Part shown: piece by piece, positions 53,843 to 64,000 of the stretch
Numbering within the stretch: the stretch's first letter is position 1
Layout of the letters: the number at the start of each line of letters is the position of its first letter
Assembly (NCBI RefSeq): GCF_000026545.1
Contig: NC_011601.1
Reading direction: 5' to 3' (one strand)
Length of the DNA: 64,000 bases
Source of the DNA: Escherichia coli O127:H6 str. E2348/69
GTDB taxonomy: Bacteria; Pseudomonadota; Gammaproteobacteria; Enterobacterales; Enterobacteriaceae
The notes under the pieces: model-generated
What the model was told of the DNA's origin: nothing
What the model saw: only the letters and a program-made list of their open reading frames with translations
Database searches by the model: none
Made by a program: the position numbers and the translations under genes

Positions 53843-56800
53843 ATGGGTAAAGGCAGCAGTAAGGGGCATACCCCGCGCGAAGCGAAGGACAACCTGAAAT
53901 CCACGCAGTTGCTGAGTGTGATTGATGCCATCAGCGAAGGGCCGATTGAAGGTCCGGTGGATGGATTAAAAAGCGTGCTGCTGAACAGTACGCCGGTGCT
54001 GGACAGTGAAGGTAATACCAACATCTCCGGTGTCACGGTGGTGTTCCGGGCCGGTGAGCAGGAGCAGACACCGCCGGAGGGATTTGAATCCTCCGGCTCT
54101 GAGACGGTGCTGGGTACGGAAGTGAAATACGACACGCCGATCACCCGCACCATCACGTCGGCAAACATCGATCGTCTGCGCTTTACTTTCGGTGTGCAGG
54201 CACTGGTGGAAACCACCTCAAAGGGGGACCGGAATCCGTCGGAAGTCCGCCTGCTGGTTCAGATACAGCGTAACGGTGGCTGGGTGACGGAAAAAGACAT
54301 CACCATTAAGGGTAAAACCACCTCGCAGTATCTGGCCTCGGTGGTGGTGGATAACCTGCCGCCGCGCCCGTTTAATATCCGGATGCGCAGGATGACGCCG
54401 GACAGCACCACAGACCAGCTGCAGAACAAAACGCTCTGGTCGTCATACACCGAAATCATCGATGTGAAACAGTGCTACCCGAACACGGCACTGGTCGGCG
54501 TGCAGGTGGACTCGGAGCAGTTCGGCAGCCAGCAGGTGAGCCGTAATTATCATCTGCGCGGGCGTATTCTGCAGGTGCCGTCGAACTATAACCCGCAGAC
54601 GCGGCAATACAGCGGTATCTGGGACGGAACGTTTAAGCCAGCATACAGCAACAACATGGCCTGGTGTCTGTGGGATATGCTGACCCATCCGCGCTACGGC
54701 ATGGGGAAACGTCTTGGTGCGGCGGATGTGGACAAATGGGCGCTGTATGTCATCGGCCAGCATTGCGATCAGTCGGTGCCGGACGGTTTTGGCGGCACGG
54801 AGCCGCGCATCACCTGTAATGCGTACCTGACCACACAGCGTAAGGCGTGGGATGTGCTCAGTGATTTCTGCTCTGCGATGCGCTGTATGCCGGTATGGAA
54901 CGGGCAGACGCTGACGTTCGTGCAGGACCGGCCATCGGATAAGGTGTGGACCTATAACCGCAGTAATGTGGTGATGCCGGATGATGGCGCGCCGTTCCGC
55001 TACAGCTTCAGCGCCCTGAAAGACCGCCATAATGCCGTTGAGGTGAACTGGACTGACCCGGATAACGGCTGGGAGACGGCGACAGAGCTTGTTGAAGATA
55101 CGCAGGCCATTCTCCGTTACGGTCGTAACGTCACGAAGATGGATGCCTTTGGCTGTACCAGCCGGGGGCAGGCGCACCGCGCCGGGCTGTGGCTGATTAA
55201 AACAGAACTGCTGGAAACGCAGACCGTGGACTTCAGCGTGGGTGCCGAAGGGCTTCGCCATGTACCGGGCGATGTCATTGAAATCTGCGATGATGACTAT
55301 GCCGGTATCAGCACCGGTGGTCGTGTGCTGGCGGTGAACAGCCAGACCCGGACGCTGACGCTCGACCGTGAAATCACGCTGCCATCCTCCGGTACCACGC
55401 TGATAAGCCTGGTTGACGGAAGTGGCAATCCGGTCAGCGTGGAGGTTCAGTCCGTCACCGACGGCGTGAAGGTAAAAGTGAGCCGTGTTCCTGACGGTGT
55501 TGCTGAATACAGCGTATGGGGGCTGAAGCTGCCGACGCTGCGCCAGCGACTGTTCCGCTGCGTGAGTATCCGTGAGAACGACGACGGCACGTATGCCATC
55601 ACCGCCGTGCAGCATGTGCCGGAAAAAGAGGCCATCGTGGATAACGGGGCGCACTTTGACGGCGAACAGAGTGGCACGGTGAACGGTGTCACGCCGCCAG
55701 CGGTGCAGCACCTGACTGCCGAAGTCACTGCAGACAGCGGGGAGTATCAGGTGCTGGCTCGATGGGACACGCCGAAGGTGGTGAAGGGCGTGAGCTTCCT
55801 GCTCCGTCTGACCGTGACAGCGGATGACGGCAGTGAGCGGCTGGTCAGCACGGCCCGGACGACGGAAACCACATACCGCTTCACGCAACTGGCGCTGGGG
55901 AACTACAGGCTGACGGTCCGGGCGGTAAATGCGTGGGGGCAGCAGGGCGATCCGGCATCGGTATCGTTCCGGATTGCGGCACCGGCAGCGCCTGTCACTA
56001 TTGAACTGATACCAGGGTATTTTCAGATAACAGCGGTCCCGAAACTGGCTGTATATGACCCGACGGTGCAGTTTGAGTTCTGGTTCTCGGAAAAGCGGAT
56101 TATCGATATCAGGCAGGTTGAAACCAGCGCGCGTTATCTTGGTACGGCGCTGTACTGGATAGCCGCCAGTAGCAATATTAAGCCGGGTTATGATTATTAC
56201 TTTTATATCCGCAGCGTGAACACCGTAGGTAAATCGGCATTTGTGGAGGCCGTCGGTCGGGCGAGCGATGATGCGGAAGGTTATCTGAATTTTTATAAAG
56301 GGTTGATCAATAAAACGCATCTCGGCAAGGAACTGCTGGAAAACTTTGAGCTGACGGAAGATAACGCCAGCAAACTGGAGGAGTTTTCGAAAGAGTGGAA
56401 GGACGCTAACGATAAATGGAATGCCATGTGGGGCGTCAAACTTGAGCAGACCAAAGACGGCAAACATTATGTCGCGGGTATTGGCCTCAGCATGGAGGAC
56501 ACGGAGGAAGGCAAGCTGAGCCAGTTTCTGGTTGCCGCTAACCGTATCGCGTTTATTGACCCGGCAAACGGGAATGAAACGCCGATGTTTGTGGCGCAGG
56601 GCAACCAGATATTCATGAATGACGTGTTCCTGAAACGCCTGACGGCCCCCACCATTACCAGCGGTGGCAATCCACCGGCATTTTCCCTGACACCGGACGG
56701 AAAGCTGACTGCTAAAAATGCGGATATCAGTGGCAGTGTGAATGCGAACGCCGGGACGCTCAACAACGTCACGGTAAATGAAAACTGTACGATTAAGGGC

Positions 56801-57256
56801 ATGCTGGAGGCGACTCAGGTCAGAGGTGACTTCGTTAAAGCTGTATCCAAATCATTTCCGAAACAGGCTGGTACGTGGGGTAACACGGAAACACCAAACG
56901 GGACGGTTACAGTCACCATCAGCGATGATCATAACTTTGACCGTCAAATCATTATTCCGCCCATTATCTTTAACGGAATAGCGTATAGCTATCCGGGAAG
57001 TGGTAATAACCCGGGAGGTACAAGTTACACGGGTTATGGTTTTGAAGTTCGCAAAAACGGTGTATTAATCGCATCCAGAGAAACTAAAGGGGCCATTCCC
57101 GGTAGTTACAGTGCAGTTATTGATATGCCTAGTGGTGGTGGTAGCGTCACTCTGGAGTTTAAGATTTTCCAGAAAGGCAATCAGGGGGCAGGCAATATCA
57201 CCGACTGTACGGTGATTGTGACCAAAAAAGCGGCTTCCGGCATCAGTATTCGTTGA
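53843..57256 (+). CDS. J: Host-specificity/tail tip protein gpJ-like
   Basis: 1137 aa, lambda J-like size and position, fibronectin-type repeats. Confidence 0.9.
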   Translation: MGKGSSKGHTPREAKDNLKSTQLLSVIDAISEGPIEGPVDGLKSVLLNSTPVLDSEGNTNISGVTVVFRAGEQEQTPPEGFESSGSETVLGTEVKYDTPITRTITSANIDRLRFTFGVQALVETTSKGDRNPSEVRLLVQIQRNGGWVTEKDITIKGKTTSQYLASVVVDNLPPRPFNIRMRRMTPDSTTDQLQNKTLWSSYTEIIDVKQCYPNTALVGVQVDSEQFGSQQVSRNYHLRGRILQVPSNYNPQTRQYSGIWDGTFKPAYSNNMAWCLWDMLTHPRYGMGKRLGAADVDKWALYVIGQHCDQSVPDGFGGTEPRITCNAYLTTQRKAWDVLSDFCSAMRCMPVWNGQTLTFVQDRPSDKVWTYNRSNVVMPDDGAPFRYSFSALKDRHNAVEVNWTDPDNGWETATELVEDTQAILRYGRNVTKMDAFGCTSRGQAHRAGLWLIKTELLETQTVDFSVGAEGLRHVPGDVIEICDDDYAGISTGGRVLAVNSQTRTLTLDREITLPSSGTTLISLVDGSGNPVSVEVQSVTDGVKVKVSRVPDGVAEYSVWGLKLPTLRQRLFRCVSIRENDDGTYAITAVQHVPEKEAIVDNGAHFDGEQSGTVNGVTPPAVQHLTAEVTADSGEYQVLARWDTPKVVKGVSFLLRLTVTADDGSERLVSTARTTETTYRFTQLALGNYRLTVRAVNAWGQQGDPASVSFRIAAPAAPVTIELIPGYFQITAVPKLAVYDPTVQFEFWFSEKRIIDIRQVETSARYLGTALYWIAASSNIKPGYDYYFYIRSVNTVGKSAFVEAVGRASDDAEGYLNFYKGLINKTHLGKELLENFELTEDNASKLEEFSKEWKDANDKWNAMWGVKLEQTKDGKHYVAGIGLSMEDTEEGKLSQFLVAANRIAFIDPANGNETPMFVAQGNQIFMNDVFLKRLTAPTITSGGNPPAFSLTPDGKLTAKNADISGSVNANAGTLNNVTVNENCTIKGMLEATQVRGDFVKAVSKSFPKQAGTWGNTETPNGTVTVTISDDHNFDRQIIIPPIIFNGIAYSYPGSGNNPGGTSYTGYGFEVRKNGVLIASRETKGAIPGSYSAVIDMPSGGGSVTLEFKIFQKGNQGAGNITDCTVIVTKKAASGISIR

Positions 57257-57275
57257 AATTGTTATAACCCATATA

Positions 57276-57303
57276 AGGGCACCAGAAATGGTGCCTTTTT
57301 TAT
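57276..57303 (+). terminator. Rho-independent terminator downstream of J
   Basis: agggcacc...ggtgcct stem followed by T-run. Confidence 0.75.
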
Positions 57304-57325
57304 TGCAGAAAAGCGAGAGGTAATT

Positions 57326-57925
57326 ATGCGTAAAGTTTGTGCAGCCATTTTGTCCGCAGCCATCTGTCTGTCCGTATCCGGTGCGCCTGCATGGGCGTCT
57401 GAACATCAGTCCACACTGAGCGCGGGGTATCTTCATGCCCGGACGAACGCTCCCGGTAGCGATAATCTTAACGGGATTAACGTGAAATACCGTTATGAAT
57501 TTACGGACACGCTGGGGCTGGTGACGTCATTCAGCTATGCAGGAGACAAGAATCGCCAGCTTACCCGTTACAGCGATACCCGCTGGCATGAAGATTCCGT
57601 GCGTAACCGCTGGTTCAGCGTAATGGCGGGGCCGTCTGTGCGCGTGAATGAATGGTTCAGCGCGTATGCGATGGCGGGTGTGGCTTACAGCCGTGTGTCG
57701 ACTTTCTCCGGGGATTATCTTCGCGTAACTGACAACAAGGGGAAAACGCACGATGTGCTGACCGGAAGTGATGACGGTCGCCACAGCGACACCTCTCTGG
57801 CGTGGGGAGCTGGCGTGCAGTTTAACCCGACCGAATCCGTGGCCATTGATATTGCTTATGAAGGCTCCGGCAGTGGCGACTGGCGCACTGACGGTTTCAT
57901 CGTGGGTGTCGGTTATAAATTCTGA
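57326..57925 (+). CDS. lom: Outer-membrane protein Lom (Ail/Lom family beta-barrel)
   Basis: Signal peptide, beta-barrel pattern ending ...[10 protein letters not shown]; position after J as in lambda. Confidence 0.88.
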
Positions 57926-57951
57926 TTAGCCAGGTAACACAGTGTTATGAC

Positions 57952-57978
57952 AGCCCGCCGGTTCAGGCGGGCTTTTTT
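57952..57978 (+). terminator. Rho-independent terminator downstream of lom
   Basis: gcccgccggttcaggcgggc stem-loop followed by T6. Confidence 0.75.
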
Positions 57979-57983
57979 GTGAG

Positions 57984-59303
57984 GTGAATATGGCAGTAAA
58001 GATTTCAGGTGTACTGAAAGACGGCACAGGAAAACCGGTACAGAACTGCACAATCCAGCTGAAAGCAAAACGTAACAGTACCACGGTGGTGGTGAACACG
58101 GTGGCCTCAGAAAATCCGGATGAAGCCGGGCGTTACAGCATGGATGTTGAGTATGGCCAGTACAGCGTCACCCTGCTGGTTGAAGGTTTTCCTCCTTCGC
58201 ATGCCGGGACCATCACCGTGTATGAAGATTCTCAGCCGGGTACGCTGAATGATTTTCTCGGTGCCATGTCGGAGGATGACGTCCGTCCGGAGGCACTGCG
58301 TCGCTTTGAACAAATGGTGGAAGAGGCAGCGCGTCACGCCGGGGAGGCGAAGAAGAATGCCGGAGAGGCGGAGACGTCAGCGAGGAATGCCGGCATATCA
58401 GCCAGTCAGGCAGAAGAGAGCGCGGCAAATGCTGACACTTCAGCAGGGGAGGCATCGGAGTCAGCCCGGCAGGCGGCAGAAAGTGCAGCCGCTGCAAAGA
58501 AGTCAGAGGAAGCGTCCTCGTCCTCGGCCTCTGAGGCCGCTCAAAAAGCCAGTGAGTCATTACAAAGTGCAGCAGATGCTGAGTTGTCAAAAAAGACGGC
58601 AGAAAGTGCAGCCGGTAATGCAGCCAGGGATGCAACGACCGCAGCAGAAAAAGCCCGGGAGTCAGCAGAAAGCGCACAGTCAGCGGAACAAAGCAGGATA
58701 GCGGCGGAAGACGCCGTAAACCGAATCCCCACCGTGGTGGGACCTCCCGGGCCAAAGGGAGAACCGGGGCCCGCGGGTCCTCAGGGGCCGAAGGGAGATA
58801 AAGGAGAGCGTGGCGACACCGGTCCTGTCGGGGCAACCGGTGAGCGGGGACCGGCAGGTGATGCTGGTCCGGCAGGCCCGCAGGGGCCGAAAGGCGACAG
58901 GGGAGAGCGGGGAGAGACCGGTCTGACGGGAAATGCAGGTCCACAGGGTCCAAAGGGAGATACCGGTGCGGCAGGTCCGGCAGGCCCACAGGGACCGAAA
59001 GGAGAAACAGGTGCGGCTGGCCCGGTGGGGGCAACCGGACCTCAGGGACCAAAGGGCGACCCGGGGGAGACACAAATCCGTTTTCGTCTGGGGCCGGCGA
59101 GCATTATTGAGACAAACAGCAATGGCTGGTTCCCGGGTACAGATGGTGCGCTCATCACCGGACTGACCTTTCTTGACCCCAAAGATGCCACACAGGTTCA
59201 GGGGCTGTTTCAGCATTTGCAGGTCAGGTTTGGTGACGGGCCGTGGCAGGATGTTAAGGGGCTGGATGAAGTGGGCAGTGATACAGGCAGAACAGGAGAA
59301 TGA
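57984..59303 (+). CDS. stf: Side tail fibre protein (Stf-like) with collagen-like Gly-X-Y repeats
   Basis: N-terminus [26 protein letters not shown]... matches lambda Stf; central [26 protein letters not shown]... collagen-like tract. Confidence 0.88.
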   Translation: MNMAVKISGVLKDGTGKPVQNCTIQLKAKRNSTTVVVNTVASENPDEAGRYSMDVEYGQYSVTLLVEGFPPSHAGTITVYEDSQPGTLNDFLGAMSEDDVRPEALRRFEQMVEEAARHAGEAKKNAGEAETSARNAGISASQAEESAANADTSAGEASESARQAAESAAAAKKSEEASSSSASEAAQKASESLQSAADAELSKKTAESAAGNAARDATTAAEKARESAESAQSAEQSRIAAEDAVNRIPTVVGPPGPKGEPGPAGPQGPKGDKGERGDTGPVGATGERGPAGDAGPAGPQGPKGDRGERGETGLTGNAGPQGPKGDTGAAGPAGPQGPKGETGAAGPVGATGPQGPKGDPGETQIRFRLGPASIIETNSNGWFPGTDGALITGLTFLDPKDATQVQGLFQHLQVRFGDGPWQDVKGLDEVGSDTGRTGE

Positions 59304-59304
59304 C

Positions 59305-59574
59305 ATGAACGTACTAAAAAAACTTATGCAGCGTCTGTGCGGGTACGGAAAGCATGATGACCGTGAACACGGGGAGTTACTTACAGCACAACTGCGTCTG
59401 GGGCCGGCAGACATCCTGGAGTCAGATGAGAATGGTATTATTCCGGAGCAGGCCAGGGTAATCACGCAGGTGGTGATACTGGATACAGATAAAAAGCAGA
59501 TACAGTGTGTGGTAAGACCGCTGCAAATCCTGCGTGCTGACGGGACGTGGGAAAATATTGGCGGGATGAAGTAA
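59305..59574 (+). CDS. Hypothetical tail-fibre-associated protein
   Basis: 89-aa ORF starting 2 nt after the stf stop; central segment resembles the Stf C-terminal segment (LRLGPADILESDENG vs [15 protein letters not shown]). Confidence 0.5.
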   Translation: MNVLKKLMQRLCGYGKHDDREHGELLTAQLRLGPADILESDENGIIPEQARVITQVVILDTDKKQIQCVVRPLQILRADGTWENIGGMK

Positions 59575-59590
59575 CCCGACGGGTTCACAA

Positions 59591-59616
59591 AAACCGGAGT
59601 CCGGCTCCGGTTTTTG
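59591..59616 (+). terminator. Rho-independent terminator
   Basis: ccggagtccggctccgg stem-loop followed by T5. Confidence 0.7.
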
Positions 59617-59617
59617 T

Positions 59618-59952
59618 TGTCATGTCCGGTGGATGTTTGTTATGACTCCCTATATTTCCAGACATCTGTTATCACTTAACCCATTACAAGCCCGCTGCCG
59701 CAGATATTCCCGTGGCGAGCGATAACCCAGCGCACTATGCGGATGCCATTCGTTATAATGCTCGAACGCCTCTGCAAGGTTCTTTGCTGCCGTTAACCCG
59801 TCTGGTTTAGGCATGATACTGATGTAGTCACGCTTTATCGTTTTCACGAAGCTCTCTGCTATGCCGTTACTCTCCGGACTCCGCACCGCCGTGTTCTTCG
59901 GTTCAAGCCCCAACATCCGGGCAAACTGCCGTGTTTCATTAGCCCGGTAGCA
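59618..59952 (-). mobile_element. IS2 remnant (3' end of the insD/orfB transposase gene and right end only)
   Basis: Minus-strand translation ...[43 protein letters not shown]...[29 protein letters not shown] equals the IS2 InsD C-terminus as recalled; no upstream part of the IS present. Confidence 0.75.
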
Positions 59953-60507
59953 CGGACCATAACAATTTATAATCTGCTGGCCGGAACTAATGAATTTATT
60001 GGTGAAGGTGACGCATATATTCCGCCTCATACAGGTCTGCCAGCAAACAGTACCGATATTGCACCACCAGATATTCCTGCTGGCTTTGTGGCTGTTTTCA
60101 ACAGTGATGAGGCATCGTGGCATCTCGTTGAAGACCATCGGGGTAAAACGGTTTATGACGTAGCGTCAGGGGACGAGTTATTTATTTCTGAACTCGGTCC
60201 GTTACCGGAAAATGTTACCTGGTTATCGCCGGAAGGGGAGTTTCAGAAGTGGAACGGCACAGCCTGGGTGAAAGATGCAGAAGCAGAAAAACTGTTCCGG
60301 ATCCGGGAGGCGGAAGAAACAAAAAACAACCTGATGCAGGTAGCCAGTGAGCATATTGCGCCACTTCAGGATGCGGTAGATCTGGAAATCGCAACGGAGG
60401 AAGAAAACTCGTTGCTGGAAGCCTGGAAGAAGTATCGGGTGTTGCTGAACCGTGTTGATACATCAACTGCACCTGATATTGAGTGGCCGACTTCACCTGC
60501 AGAGTAA
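59953..60507 (+). pseudogene. tfa: Tail fibre assembly protein (tfa) lacking its first codons and start
   Basis: [87 protein letters not shown]... colinear with lambda Tfa from about residue 10; homology ends abruptly at the IS2 remnant. Confidence 0.8.
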
Positions 60508-60739
60508 TCAACGGCGCAGGGATGATATTTTGTGCTTGAAGTGCCTCCCCGACCATTCAGATAGTCGGGGAGGGGGTATTGGGATTATACGCAATCAGTT
60601 TTAGTAAAAGACCGAAGCTCTCGAAAAATCTTTCTCCAAAACCAGAATGCAATTGATTGATTTTGATAGGATCTATAACGCCGTTACCTTAAACGGCAAA
60701 ACCACTCAAAAACAAACCTAATGTATTGAATATAAAGGA

Positions 60740-61603
60740 TTAATCATCTAATTCGCTCACCTTCTTATTCAGCAGACGAGAAGCGCGCCAGTAAACCAGC
60801 AACATCAGGCCCATTACGATAGTCAGCGTAATGCTGGTGGCTGCACCAAACGGCCAGTCACGAATATTGAGGAACTGTACCTTGATGACGTTACCGATCA
60901 GCAGGTTTTTCGCACCGCCCATCAGGTCGGACACATAGAACAGGCCCATCGCTGGCAGCATCACCAGCAGACATCCGGCAATAATTCCCGGCATCGTTAG
61001 TGGGATAATGATGCGGATAAAGGTCTGCAACTTGCTGGCACCGAGATCGCGCGCCGCCTCAAGCAACGGCTTATCCAGTTTTTCGATACTGGAGTACAGC
61101 GGCATCACCATAAACGGCAGCAGAATGTAAACCAGACCGATAATCACCGCACTAGGCGTGAACATGATGCGAATTGGTGTATCGATAACGCCCAGCCAGA
61201 GCAAAAACTCGTTGAGATAGCCTTTGGTGCTGAGGAAAATTTTCAGCCCGTAAATACGAATCAATGAGTTGGTCCAGAACGGAACAATCAGCAGAAACAG
61301 CAGCAGCGGACGCACCTTGTGTGGCAGCTTCGCCAGAAACCAGGCAAAAGGATAGCCCAGCACCAGGCAGGCGAGGGTGGCGATCAGCGCCATATTCAGC
61401 GAGTGCAATAGCACTTCAAAATAGAGCGGATCGAGCAGACGCGTGTAGTTATCCAGCGTAAAGACCATTTTGACGAAACTGGCGTCGTCGCGGGTCAAAA
61501 AGCTGGTGCCAATGATCATCAGGTTGGGCAGAAAGACAAACAACACAAGCCAACCGACAATAGTGACAATCACTACATTCTGGAACTTACTTGTGTTCTT
61601 CAT
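60740..61603 (-). CDS. potB: Spermidine/putrescine ABC transporter permease PotB (3' end remodelled by prophage junction)
   Basis: 287-aa ORF ...[17 protein letters not shown]; the terminal codons derive from phage-side sequence while the ancestral-type ending NKKVELE* is found next to potC at attL; N-terminal start uncertain. Confidence 0.9.
60768..60781. repeat. attR core: 14-bp direct repeat CACCTTCTTATTCA (prophage right junction)
   Basis: Identical to 19970-19983; lies inside the 3' end of potB. Confidence 0.75.
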
Positions 61604-62723
61604 CAGCCAGTACGACCTCCCAGCTTTCTACCCAATTAATGGCCATTTTTTGGTCGAGAGAGTGGTCAAAGTCAGGATCGTCTTCATTGAAGAATTCGCT
61701 GACCATCACCATCTTGCCATTTTCCAGCTCAACAACCGACTCCAGCGTCATGCCTTTGTAGTTACGCTCGCGAACGTAACCAATCAGCCCTTCGGCGTGG
61801 TTGTCGTCGTTAATCTCTTCAACACGTAAGTCTTCCGGGCGCAGCAGAACATGCAGTTTTTGCCCCGGTTCAACGGCGAAGTTAACGTAGATATTACATT
61901 CGCGGCCTTCAACGTTGGCGCGTACGCGCTGCTCGTCGAGACGTTCGATGACAGTGGCGTTAAACATATTGATTTCGCCAATAAACCCGGCAACAAACAG
62001 GTTTTTCGGCTCTTCGTAGATTTCACGCGGCGTGCCGTCTTGCTCAATGCGACCATCGCGCATCACCACAATCCTGTCCGACATGGTGAGTGCTTCTTCC
62101 TGGTCGTGAGTTACGAACACGAATGTAATGCCAAGCTTACGCTGTAATGCTTTCAGCTCGTTCTGCATTTGCTTGCGCAGTTTGTAATCCAGCGCTGAGA
62201 GCGACTCATCCAGCAACAACAGACGAGGCTTGTTAACCACCGCGCGAGCAATGGCGACGCGTTGCTGTTGACCACCAGAGAGCTGATGCGGTTTGCGTTG
62301 AGCGAAGGTTTCCAGCTGCACCATCCGCAGGGCTTCCATCACGCGGGGCGTAATTTCAGCAGCGGGGGTTTTTTGCATGCGCAACCCAAAGGCCACATTT
62401 TCGAATACGGTCATGTGGGGGAAAAGTGCGTAGCTTTGGAAAACAGTGTTCACATAGCGGTTTTCCGCCGGAACGTGGGTGATGTCCTCGTTATCCAGCA
62501 TGATGCGTCCGGAATCAACAGTTTCCAGACCTGCAATCAGGCGAAGAACGGTTGTTTTACCGCAGCCAGAAGGGCCAAGCAGCGTGAGGAACTCGCCATT
62601 GTTGATAGTCAGATCCAGCTGGGGAATGACCTCTTTACCATCAAAGCATTTGCGAATTCCCGCCAATTGCACCAGCGGTGAAAGCGAACTCGGTTGTTTA
62701 TTCAATTTTTTACTCTGTCCCAT
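61587..62723 (-). CDS. potA: Spermidine/putrescine ABC transporter ATPase PotA
   Basis: 378 aa; Walker [10 protein letters not shown], signature LSGGQQQRV, Walker [13 protein letters not shown]. Confidence 0.95.
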
Positions 62724-62972
62724 GTAAACGCAACGGATGGCTTACCGATGCGGGGTTTGTGGTTAACCACCTTGGTGACTCTTAATGAGGGCGGTAATTC
62801 TACGGCAAACTGCTTGAATCGCCAATCTTTGTTGTGAATTACTGGCTTAGCTTTATATTCATTAAGGTAATGCTGATAAATATTCCCGCTTGCAGGGCTA
62901 AAAGTGACCTGACGCAATATTTGTCTTTTCTTGCTTCTTAATAATGTTGTCACAAAAAGTGAGGGTGACTAC

Positions 62973-64000
62973 ATGGATAAACTACTTGAGCGATTTTTGA
63001 ACTACGTGTCTCTGGATACCCAATCAAAGGCAGGGGTGAGACAGGTTCCCAGCACGGAAGGCCAATGGAAGTTATTGCATCTGCTGAAAGAGCAGCTCGA
63101 AGAGATGGGGCTTATCAATGTGACCTTAAGTGAGAAGGGCACTTTGATGGCGACGTTACCGGCTAACGTCCCTGGCGATATCCCGGCGATTGGCTTTATT
63201 TCTCATGTGGATACCTCACCGGATTGCAGCGGCAAAAATGTGAATCCGCAAATTGTTGAAAACTATCGCGGTGGCGATATTGCGCTGGGTATCGGCGATG
63301 AAGTTTTATCACCGGTTATGTTCCCGGTGCTGCATCAGCTACTGGGTCAGACGCTGATTACCACCGATGGTAAAACATTGTTAGGTGCCGATGACAAAGC
63401 AGGTATTGCAGAAATCATGACCGCGCTGGCGGTATTGCAACAAAAAAACATTCCGCATGGTGATATTCGCGTCGCCTTTACCCCGGATGAAGAAGTGGGC
63501 AAAGGGGCGAAGCATTTTGATGTTGACGCCTTCGATGCCCGCTGGGCTTACACCGTTGATGGTGGTGGCGTCGGCGAACTGGAGTTTGAAAACTTCAACG
63601 CCGCGTCGGTCAATATCAAAATTGTCGGTAACAATGTTCACCCGGGCACGGCGAAAGGAGTGATGGTAAATGCGCTGTCGCTGGCGGCACGTATTCATGC
63701 GGAAGTTCCGGCGGATGAAAGCCCGGAAATGACAGAAGGCTATGAAGGTTTCTATCACCTGGCGAGCATGAAAGGCACCGTTGAACGGGCCGATATGCAC
63801 TACATCATCCGTGATTTCGACCGTAAACAGTTTGAAGCGCGTAAACGTAAAATGATGGAGATCGCCAAAAAAGTGGGCAAAGGGTTACATCCTGATTGCT
63901 ACATTGAACTGGTGATTGAAGACAGTTACTACAATATGCGCGAGAAAGTGGTTGAGCATCCGCATATTCTCGATATCGCCCAGCAGGCGATGCGTGACTG
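62973..64000 (+). CDS. pepT: Peptidase T (tripeptide aminopeptidase), 5' portion; continues beyond window
   Basis: [47 protein letters not shown]...; M20 family motifs; no stop within window. Confidence 0.92.
   Translation, partial: MDKLLERFLNYVSLDTQSKAGVRQVPSTEGQWKLLHLLKEQLEEMGLINVTLSEKGTLMATLPANVPGDIPAIGFISHVDTSPDCSGKNVNPQIVENYRGGDIALGIGDEVLSPVMFPVLHQLLGQTLITTDGKTLLGADDKAGIAEIMTALAVLQQKNIPHGDIRVAFTPDEEVGKGAKHFDVDAFDARWAYTVDGGGVGELEFENFNAASVNIKIVGNNVHPGTAKGVMVNALSLAARIHAEVPADESPEMTEGYEGFYHLASMKGTVERADMHYIIRDFDRKQFEARKRKMMEIAKKVGKGLHPDCYIELVIEDSYYNMREKVVEHPHILDIAQQAMRD

Larger units (their letters stand above)
19970..60781. mobile_element. Lambdoid prophage (defective), integrated at the potB 3' end / potC start
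   Basis: Bounded by 14-bp direct repeats; integrase adjacent to attL; lambda-like gene modules throughout; host pot operon interrupted. Confidence 0.9.

Noticed and set aside
54443-56467. 674-aa ORF on the minus strand
   Set aside because: Lies entirely antisense to the gpJ gene, arginine/proline-rich low-complexity translation typical of shadow ORFs in GC-rich coding DNA
58737-59090. Repetitive GGxCCxxxxGGxCCGAAAGGaGA-type DNA that could be mistaken for a CRISPR array or VNTR
   Set aside because: Repeats are in-frame Gly-X-Y collagen-like codons inside stf, with no spacer/repeat organisation and no cas genes anywhere in the window
58213-59588. Two long minus-strand ORFs (286 and 302 aa) rich in Pro/Arg/Leu
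   Set aside because: Antisense to stf across its collagen-like GC-rich repeat tract; no start context; shadow frames

Overview
Enterobacterial (E. coli-like) chromosome segment whose gene order matches, from my recollection of E. coli K-12, thiK-nagZ-ycfP-ndh-ycfJ-comR-bhsA-ldtC-mfd-ycfT-lolCDE-nagK-cobB-ycfZ-ymfA-potD-potC // potB-potA-pepT. A lambdoid prophage of about 40.8 kb (19970-60781) sits between potC and potB, flanked by a 14-bp direct repeat (CACCTTCTTATTCA) and with a lambda-type integrase at the potC end. The prophage carries int/xis, a RecE-like exonuclease, an immunity module resembling RacR/YdaS/YdaT, O/P-like replication genes, a nin region (rusA, Q-like), an orphan DNA methyltransferase, a tRNA cluster, a NanS-p-type esterase, an S/R/Rz/Rz1 lysis cassette, a lambda-identical cos site, Nu1/A/W/B packaging genes, I, J, lom, stf and tfa. 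It looks defective: an internal deletion fuses the 5' part of gpC to the 3' part of gpK, removing the capsid and tail-tube genes; IS50-like and IS200 elements sit between the late-promoter side and the lysis genes; an IS2 remnant truncates tfa; an IS481-family element lies against a hok toxin gene. No stx genes are present at the Stx-phage position downstream of the tRNAs. The most interesting region is an AT-rich accessory island (about 28800-33300) between the replication genes and the nin region. It contains an uncharacterised 280-aa ORF, a degraded tyrosine recombinase, and an overlapping ABC-type ATPase + HNH nuclease pair that I interpret as a Septu-like (PtuA/PtuB) anti-phage system. 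All family assignments are from reading the translated ORFs against remembered protein families; no database search or computed statistics were available.
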